DNA of 63,344 bases, counting the filler, from Bigelowiella natans CCMP2755 (taxonomy: Eukaryota > Protista > Cercozoa), in the NCBI GenBank assembly GCA_000320545.1. It is 4 parts of 4 records of this genome, joined end to end, with 100 filler letters (N's around TTAATTAATTAA, not from the genome) between each part and the next. Parts side by side here need not be neighbours in the genome. Positions count along the whole stretch, not along the records: positions 53,253 to 63,344 come from ADNK01001496.1; 3 more parts are not named here. One strand, 5' to 3'. Positions 61,833-63,344 of this stretch are shown piece by piece. The notes under the pieces were generated by a model. The model was not told the DNA's origin, made no database searches, and saw only the letters and a list, made by a program, of their open reading frames with translations. Within the stretch, counting starts at the first letter, position 1, and the number at the start of each line of letters is the position of its first letter. A program made the position numbers and the translations under genes.

Positions 61833-63344
61833 TATGTTACATAAGGACATCTAGACAGACGTAGCACTCATCTAGAAGTGCCACACAGCACACAGCATCA
61901 CTAGATATCGGTCGCCTTAGTTAAAACACACCGCTGATACTGCTACAACGGCAATCCGGCACTGCATGCACAAGGGGAAAAAATTGAGGGATTTCACAAA
62001 AATATCGTTCAAAGCCAGGTTGACAATTAAAAGATGTTTTGATGAATACAACAACATGTGAGAGTCGTGCAAATCCGACGACCGAACTCGTATACCAGCA
62101 TGGCGGCTGCCACAAATCGATGAGCAGCAAAATCATGCATTCTCACGCGCGAGTGTTCACCGCATTTGCAGCGCTTAGAAAGCAGACTAGCAGATCCGCT
62201 CCGATTGAATCAAAGCGGTCATTGGCAACGATATTTTCAATAAGCATTCTAACAATGTATGGAAAGATGCGCTATCTTTAGCTAGCAGATAGCTGTGGTG
62301 TGCCAGCTAGCTAGCCAGTTGCATCATCAACAGGCACTTTGCCAAAATTGTAGAAAAATTCTTATATCTCCAGTTACATGACATTGCGCACCGCCCCGCA
62401 GCGGATTGTTACCCAAACTCAACTAGTCAAGGAGGGATCATTTTGAGCGCGTACATTTACAAAACCAAATTTTTCTATCAATATAAAATGGCACATGTGA
62501 TTTCCCACTTTGTGCTGATGAGTAACAGTGTTTCGTTAAGCTTGCTTACATTCATATCTCTGCTGTTATGCTCCTCTATCGACATAAAGATTAGCATCAT
62601 GTCTAGATGTCGTGTAAGGTACGTGTGAAGCATTCTTATGACGCACATCGTGGCATGATGCCAAAGCGACTTACACACAGCTGTTGCATCATTTGATGCT
62701 GCCGCCAGGACTTGTTTTATAGAATATGGTGTGGTCCAGAAGTGCATGCAGGCAGCTACATATGTGGAATATGTGCCATTTGCTCGCACTTGGCGAAGCG
62801 GAAACACAAAGACGCAATGGTGATGCTACGGACGGATGCTGCAGAAGGATGTTACCATCTATCTTCCACGCGCCATGCTTCTAAGTCAGCATGTAAGTCT
62901 CGGCCACGCGATGCATCTTTATACATCTAAGATACCAAAGGCCAGAAGGAGGGCGTGGTCTAGATAAGAAGACACGATATAAAAAACGCGAATGGATTTG
63001 GAACAGCCTTTTTTGCCCACTTGTTTATGCGCGAGCGCGCATCTGATCTCTTTTCATAGCAGATTGCAAATTAACTGAGTTTGTTGGCCCCTAATGAATA
63101 GATCACCCTTTTCGCCGTCGAGGGGGCGGGGGAAAGGCAGCAAGTAGCGCAGTACACCTGCCACTATACGATTGTCAAACCGGAAAAGTTATGACGAACA
63201 ACGCGCACACTTTCGTAACGTTATGCCGACTGCCGCCAGTTCGGTTGTGGAACGTCACGTACATCTAGGTGGCGCTTCTTTCTAGCTGCGGCGCATGGTG
63301 TGTGGGTTCGCAATAGGCAAGATATCGAATCTGATACGATTGCT

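Overview
Eukaryotic nuclear DNA from a draft assembly. Three N-gaps carry an artificial TTAATTAATTAA spacer. Genes are intron-rich and their introns are full of microsatellites. Several proteins have signal-peptide plus transit-like leaders, which suggests an alga with a complex plastid (chlorarachniophyte-like; inference). Host genes assembled by reading GT-AG exons: a two-PDZ protein, a GT8 glycosyltransferase, a TMEM189/FAD4-type desaturase, intronless alpha-tubulin, TRAPPC12, a Methyltransf_32/GSTCD-like methyltransferase, RimO, a CURT1/CAAD-like protein, SGF29, a glutaredoxin and snurportin-1. Mobile DNA: an intron-containing pogo/Fot-type DD35D transposase, a TA-flanked TIR family (1.66 kb and 333 bp copies), and a young full-length Ty3/Gypsy element with apparently identical 326-bp LTRs and an AATC TSD. 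Two observations stand out. (1) Repeat-derived tracts have almost completely lost TpA while keeping CpG, and repeat-copy comparisons show TA versus TG/CA differences. This is a candidate adenine-directed, RIP-like hypermutation process. (2) The Gypsy polyprotein ends in a degenerate DIRS/Dam-like adenine-methyltransferase-type domain where chromoviruses carry a chromodomain, and the element sits in the middle of one of the TpA-free tracts. All family assignments come from motif recognition by eye; no searches were run.
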